A stretch of DNA of 31,328 nt from a virus (lineage: Duplodnaviria; Caudoviricetes), in the IMG/VR virus record IMGVR_UViG_3300044228_004389, positions 1 through 31,328 of that record; one strand, 5' to 3'. Shown here in pieces: positions 27,016 to 31,328 of the stretch; position 1 is the first letter of the stretch, and each line of letters begins with the position of its first letter. The position numbers and the translations under genes were made by a program. Under the pieces are notes generated by a model, which was not told where the DNA came from, ran no database searches, and saw only the letters and a list, made by a program, of their open reading frames with translations.

Positions 27016-27668
27016 GATTCAAAGCAAAATTCATCACTACCAAAGTGATCTAGTCCAGGGTTTGATAGATCATAAGTTCTACCTATTCTGCGGTTACAAA
27101 TTAATTTATAAGTTTGAAAAGCTAAAACATCTTCACGATTTTCATAATATATAGATTTAGCACCAACAATTTCATTGTTGCGGTTCTTGCAATATGATAT
27201 TATTTTATTTTCGATTAAAGAATCGAAAGGAAGATTATTATCTTCTACTATAAATGAAACATCTTGAGGCAAATCAACAACACAATTAGAAAAAGTTGTT
27301 AAGTTCTTATGCAAGAAAGAATCATAAAAAGGAACAACATATTGTAATTCTTTAGTATCATCCCACGGCTTTGTAATTTTCGTATCTGATTGTTTAGTAT
27401 AAAGATTATATAATTCTTTTGCGCCCGCGTCTCCATTAGCGAAAGCTATCATTCTACTTTCAGACTCTTGATTGTGATCCTCGTTATATATAGAAAATCT
27501 TAATCCAAATCTAAGCCTTTCTCCAAATTTTCTAAAGACTTCTGGAAATCCAGTCATATTATCTTCAACAAAATAGACTTGTTCTAGGCCTTCTGTTAAA
27601 GACAGAATATCGTCTATTCGTAGAATACTTTTTCCTATAGAAAAATGTGATTTAAATAACGGTATCAT
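26973..27668 (-). CDS. Stand-alone PHP domain of Pol III alpha (metal ligands degenerate)
   Basis: LFKSHFSIGKSIL (cf. LHxHSxYS.LDG), VEDNMTGF, IAFANGDAGAKELYNL, SIYYENRED. Start set at ATG 27668, just downstream of the promoter. Confidence 0.75.
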   Translation of the reverse strand: MIPLFKSHFSIGKSILRIDDILSLTEGLEQVYFVEDNMTGFPEVFRKFGERLRFGLRFSIYNEDHNQESESRMIAFANGDAGAKELYNLYTKQSDTKITKPWDDTKELQYVVPFYDSFLHKNLTTFSNCVVDLPQDVSFIVEDNNLPFDSLIENKIISYCKNRNNEIVGAKSIYYENREDVLAFQTYKLICNRRIGRTYDLSNPGLDHFGSDEFCFESWKNYSDTILNSAT

Positions 27669-27702
27669 ACAACCAATATACATTTAATTGATTGGTTGTC
27701 AA
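27669..27702 (-). promoter_or_regulatory. sigma70-type promoter overlapped by a 9-bp inverted repeat
   Basis: TTGACA-16 nt-TATATT-6 nt-ATG; ACAACCAAT-13 nt-ATTGGTTGT dyad. Confidence 0.7.
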
Positions 27703-27705
27703 TAC

Positions 27706-28182
27706 TTATATTGCTAAATCTTTAATTAAAATATTATAACAATCTGATTTAAATTTCCACTTGCCGTTGCCCCTAGGATCTACTTCCCCTTTTTTGCCAA
27801 ATACAGCTTTATCGTAAAAATCTTTCTTTTTCATAAACCCATAAATATAAGCTGTAGTGTTTGACTCATTAACTCCAACAAAACAATAAAGATCGCATTT
27901 TTGTTTTGTATTATAATCAGAAACATTTAAATTCCAGTTTTCGTTAGGGGCAAATTGATCTGAAAATTTTTTAGTTTTTATATCTACTTTATAGTTTTCT
28001 ATAACAGTATCATAATCGTAGGTGTTTTCGCCTTTGCCACCGTACGCATCTTTCACAATAATTTCACCAACAGCTCCAGCAAGATTGCCTTTGCCTTTGG
28101 TAATGCTGTTATTTAATTCCTTAAAATCAAAAAGACTTTTAGCTCTGCGTAGTTGGGATTTTGTTATAGTATATTTTTTCAT
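27706..28182 (-). CDS. Restriction-endonuclease-fold (PD-(D/E)XK) protein
   Basis: GAVGEIIV ... YDYD ... VDIKTK; start at ATG 28182 gives an ATGA overlap with the upstream stop. Confidence 0.65.
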   Translation of the reverse strand: MKKYTITKSQLRRAKSLFDFKELNNSITKGKGNLAGAVGEIIVKDAYGGKGENTYDYDTVIENYKVDIKTKKFSDQFAPNENWNLNVSDYNTKQKCDLYCFVGVNESNTTAYIYGFMKKKDFYDKAVFGKKGEVDPRGNGKWKFKSDCYNILIKDLAI

Positions 28183-29171
28183 TTTAAATGCTTTGGGCAA
28201 CCTTCATAATATTTAATTTCGTGACTGCCACCTTCTGGAACCATATCTTTCTTAAAGTCTTCTTGAAAACAAGAAGAGTGAAACTCTCCATCTTTATCTA
28301 AAATCTTTACGTGCCAAAAGTCAAACTTATAAGGACAATGCCACATCAGCGATCCGTCTTTCTTTAGCTGCCCTTTTTCTGTAGCGAACCCGCATTGCAG
28401 TTTACCACCAAAAGAACCGTCTTCTGGAAAACCTTTATCTATAGCAAAATTTGATACAGCATCTTTTTTATCAAAGTTTTCTAGATAATCTTGAATTGAT
28501 GCAAGCTGTAACTCGAAACCTTCTAGGTCGTCTTCATCAATTGGCTTCATTTTCATCAAGCCGTCTTTTTTTAAATTAAATTTTAAAAACAAAAATTCAG
28601 AAGTTCTATTTACATATTCTGGAAAAAGAGTTTTGACCGCAAGAGAATACATATAATCTTGAAGGTTGTCTTCTTTTTCTTTTCCTTCAAACATTTTCTT
28701 ACTAGTCTTGTAGTCGCGAATAATCGCAATCTTTTTATCTTTATACAGAAACAGTTGATCAATAAATCCACGAATGTGATAACCATTTTGTTCTATGTCA
28801 AAATCTAACTCAGCATGAGCTTCGTCTGGTATGCCTAAATCTTCTCCATGAAAGTTACAATTAAGACCGTTAAGAATCATCTCCTTAATAAGATTCATAT
28901 TGTCATCGTCGGTAACCCCAAGCTCTGAAGCGTCCGACATGATTAAATCTTTTAACGCTTTAGATGCAAAGGGATCTTTAGATTTTATAATTTTATTAAA
29001 GTGTGTTTTTGTTTTTTGTTTGGATAAAAATTCAAATGCGTTGTGGCAAACTGTTCCCCGACGCGCTCCGTCATTGTTTGCGTCTGGTAAATTTTGCTTA
29101 TACTTGTTCCAGTATATCCAACTACAAGCTTGTGCAGTTTTTATGCGACTAGCTGATAGTTTAACTTGCAT
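28179..29171 (-). CDS. RecB/AddB/Cas4-like PD-(D/E)XK exonuclease
   Basis: LSASRIK...C, RGTVCH, RGFIDQL, IRDYKTSK, QDYMY and distal Cys residues (LQC, HCPY, GCP). Confidence 0.88.
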   Translation of the reverse strand: MQVKLSASRIKTAQACSWIYWNKYKQNLPDANNDGARRGTVCHNAFEFLSKQKTKTHFNKIIKSKDPFASKALKDLIMSDASELGVTDDDNMNLIKEMILNGLNCNFHGEDLGIPDEAHAELDFDIEQNGYHIRGFIDQLFLYKDKKIAIIRDYKTSKKMFEGKEKEDNLQDYMYSLAVKTLFPEYVNRTSEFLFLKFNLKKDGLMKMKPIDEDDLEGFELQLASIQDYLENFDKKDAVSNFAIDKGFPEDGSFGGKLQCGFATEKGQLKKDGSLMWHCPYKFDFWHVKILDKDGEFHSSCFQEDFKKDMVPEGGSHEIKYYEGCPKHLK

Positions 29172-30210
29172 TTATTTTTAAAATTTTAATTAATTTTTTG
29201 CAGTGCACATTTTTCTTAAGTTGATCATTTTGATTTATTTGTTTTAAAATATATTCTTGAAATTTTTGATCACCCATGCACCACTTATCTTTTCGTTGAT
29301 ACCATTGTTTAAAATTATTTAGCATACCAGTATCGCGCTCTAACATCTCCCCAAAATCGTTATTTACGGGAGGATTAATTTTTATTAAGGAAAGATCAAA
29401 TACAGTCGATAGCTTAGAAGCAATCTTAACCGAAGCTAAAGCTCCAGAGTTTACTTCTTTTGTTTTATCATTATTTGTTGAAATAATAATACGTTCTAAG
29501 TTAAACGCATTTAAGTATGAAATCATTTTATTGGAAATATCTAATCCAGCGAGCATTAATACATTTTTAAAACCAGCTTCATAAAGAGCCATGCAGTCGC
29601 CAATACTTTCTACTAAAATAACTTCTCCAGATTTATCTATATATTCATGAGCAAGATGATTTGGATAAACCCAATTTGTTTTGCGACCCATATGTTTCCA
29701 TTTGGGAATATTGTCTCCTTCTATCACTGTCCTACCAGAGAATCCGTGTATTTGGTTATCTAAATCATAAATAGGAAAAACTATACGCCTATACATTTTA
29801 CCACCGCCAGCATAACCACATTGAAATATTTTTTGTGTTCCTTCTGATATTCCCCTCTTTTCATAGAATGTTCTCATTGGCAAAAGTTTATCTAAATATG
29901 AAATTGGATATATTTTTTCCATTTCTATCTTTTCTTCTTTGGGTTTATTTACAATATATGTTTCTTGGGTATCTGGATAATATTGCTTTAATACTTTAAA
30001 ATCTTCTGTTTTAAGTGTTTCCTTAACTAATGCCGTAAATGGCTTGGCTTGATTGTCTAAGCCGAAATCTTTCCAAACCCCACTATCTTTATATATTATA
30101 AGAGAAGTATTTGTTTTTCCATTCCTATAAATGGCTCTACTGCGCCAATGATTACCGCAGTCTTGTAGGTTATATCCCAGCTTCTCTAAGGATTGTTGAT
30201 ATGAATTCAT
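29161..30210 (-). CDS. DnaG-type (TOPRIM) DNA primase
   Basis: YEKRGI, RRIVFPIYD...GFSGR, PKWKH, VILVESIGD, STNND, NDFGEM; adjacent to the helicase. Confidence 0.88.
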   Translation of the reverse strand: MNSYQQSLEKLGYNLQDCGNHWRSRAIYRNGKTNTSLIIYKDSGVWKDFGLDNQAKPFTALVKETLKTEDFKVLKQYYPDTQETYIVNKPKEEKIEMEKIYPISYLDKLLPMRTFYEKRGISEGTQKIFQCGYAGGGKMYRRIVFPIYDLDNQIHGFSGRTVIEGDNIPKWKHMGRKTNWVYPNHLAHEYIDKSGEVILVESIGDCMALYEAGFKNVLMLAGLDISNKMISYLNAFNLERIIISTNNDKTKEVNSGALASVKIASKLSTVFDLSLIKINPPVNNDFGEMLERDTGMLNNFKQWYQRKDKWCMGDQKFQEYILKQINQNDQLKKNVHCKKLIKILKINAS

Positions 30211-31328
30211 TATAGGTCCTCAAAAGATGGAAGGGTTTGTGTTTCTGTAGAGATTAAATCTCCTCCAGTATTTCTAAATGTAACGATATCTCTTAAATCT
30301 CCATGCTCGGTTATATTAAAATTTTTAAACTCTAAATTAATAAAGTTTTTTCTAAGGTTATCATCTACTTGAACTGGTTCACAGGCACCAGCAATATCTC
30401 GACCTAAGTGTCTAGCTTTAACATTAATTAATTTATGCGTCCCGAACTGATTACCCTCTTCTGCAATTTCATCATTTGTTTTTGATCTTAATATAAACAT
30501 GTGAGAACAAAACTGCGTGATGCGGTCAGATAAAGAAACTATAGATTCGTCATCTATAATATTTTGAGCATTTCGATTCGTAGTGATACCGCTACGGTTT
30601 GATTGAACAGAGGTTATCATTGGAACAACTGGAGATCCGTCTTCTACTATTTCTTTTTGAATACATTTTTTAAACTTATCAACCATTTCTCCAACAAGCT
30701 GCCATTCATTTTTATTTCCAGTAATCCCATCAGATGATGTTTTAATATAATCAAAAGAAAAAACCATATTGTTGCCGCGTCCTACTTTTGAGTAATAAAA
30801 TCTTTTTAAAGTATTTATCATAGAATCAACGTCCATACCGCCGACATTGTAGTAATAAAATTTAAGTTTCTTAACCTTAGACCAAACCGAACGAACTTTA
30901 TCTACTGTATTTTGACCAGCTTGTCTCCATTTTCCACTTTCTAATAGATAAGCTGGAACGCCAGATAAAGCGGCACACTGACGAATAATTAGCTCCTCTT
31001 TGCTCATTTCTCCATTATCAAAATGTAATACTGGAACATTGTATTGAGAAGAAACTTTTGTGGCGTAGTCCATACAAAACTGAGTTTTACCTACACCAGA
31101 CCTAGCTACGATAACGGTTATATTTCCTGGCCTCAACAAAGAGCCATAAATATCATTTATCTTTTCATGAGGCCCCATCATTCCAAACTCGTCGACTGGA
31201 TTATTGCCGCGCTCTTCTATAAAACTTTCCATTTCTTCGTAGATGTTTTGAGGAATATCATCGCCCACTTCGAATAAATTAATTTTTTCATTATATATCT
31301 GATCTGCAGATTCTATAATATTTAAGTA
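30210..31328 (-). CDS. dnaB: DnaB-like replicative helicase, 5'-partial
   Basis: ARSGVGKT Walker A, FDNGEM, FDYIK Walker B, SVQSNR, KARH; frame stays open to the window end, so the start lies outside. Confidence 0.92.
   Translation of the reverse strand, partial: YLNIIESADQIYNEKINLFEVGDDIPQNIYEEMESFIEERGNNPVDEFGMMGPHEKINDIYGSLLRPGNITVIVARSGVGKTQFCMDYATKVSSQYNVPVLHFDNGEMSKEELIIRQCAALSGVPAYLLESGKWRQAGQNTVDKVRSVWSKVKKLKFYYYNVGGMDVDSMINTLKRFYYSKVGRGNNMVFSFDYIKTSSDGITGNKNEWQLVGEMVDKFKKCIQKEIVEDGSPVVPMITSVQSNRSGITTNRNAQNIIDDESIVSLSDRITQFCSHMFILRSKTNDEIAEEGNQFGTHKLINVKARHLGRDIAGACEPVQVDDNLRKNFINLEFKNFNITEHGDLRDIVTFRNTGGDLISTETQTLPSFEDL

Noticed and set aside
28179-29171. Cas4-like nuclease as a sign of CRISPR-Cas
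   Set aside because: No repeat-spacer array or other cas genes; such nucleases are common in phage replication modules.
2588-31277. Numerous 60-100 aa ORFs antisense to or nested in long genes (e.g. 4737-4994, 9617-9844, 15902-16210, 23164-23454, 25111-25371)
   Set aside because: They are fully overlapped by well-supported genes and are expected by-products of codon bias.
1-31328. Stop-codon reassignment
   Set aside because: Long genes are intact in the standard code, and TAA, TAG and TGA all end genes at tight junctions.
1-31328. tRNA, rRNA or other ncRNA genes
   Set aside because: Intergenic gaps are all under about 60 nt and none shows a cloverleaf or other recognisable RNA structure.

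Overview
This is an AT-rich segment of a large tailed dsDNA phage genome in the standard genetic code. At the left (minus strand) is a small accessory cluster: a partial ORF, a hypothetical protein, a 2OG-Fe(II) oxygenase-like gene and two tandem GNAT-like paralogs. The middle (plus strand, 2473-16967) is a lambda-type tail-tip module: gpL, a JAB-only gpK, two gpI paralogs and two full-length gpJ paralogs with different inserted adhesin-like domains. The right (minus strand) is a replication/recombination module: DnaB helicase, primase, two PD-(D/E)XK nucleases, a Pol III alpha split into separate PHP, DEDDh exonuclease and catalytic-core genes, a one-ring Clp ATPase ending in IGF, an Sm/Hfq-like small protein, a kinase-fold protein with dead catalytic motifs, a Whirly-like ssDNA-binding protein, GT4/GT9-like glycosyltransferases and a Rad52-like annealing protein. 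A recurrent GTGTAAWATA motif 4-6 nt before four start codons looks like a phage late promoter driving near-leaderless mRNAs; sigma70-type promoters and one intrinsic terminator are also visible. All family calls come from motif recognition by eye; no database search was run.
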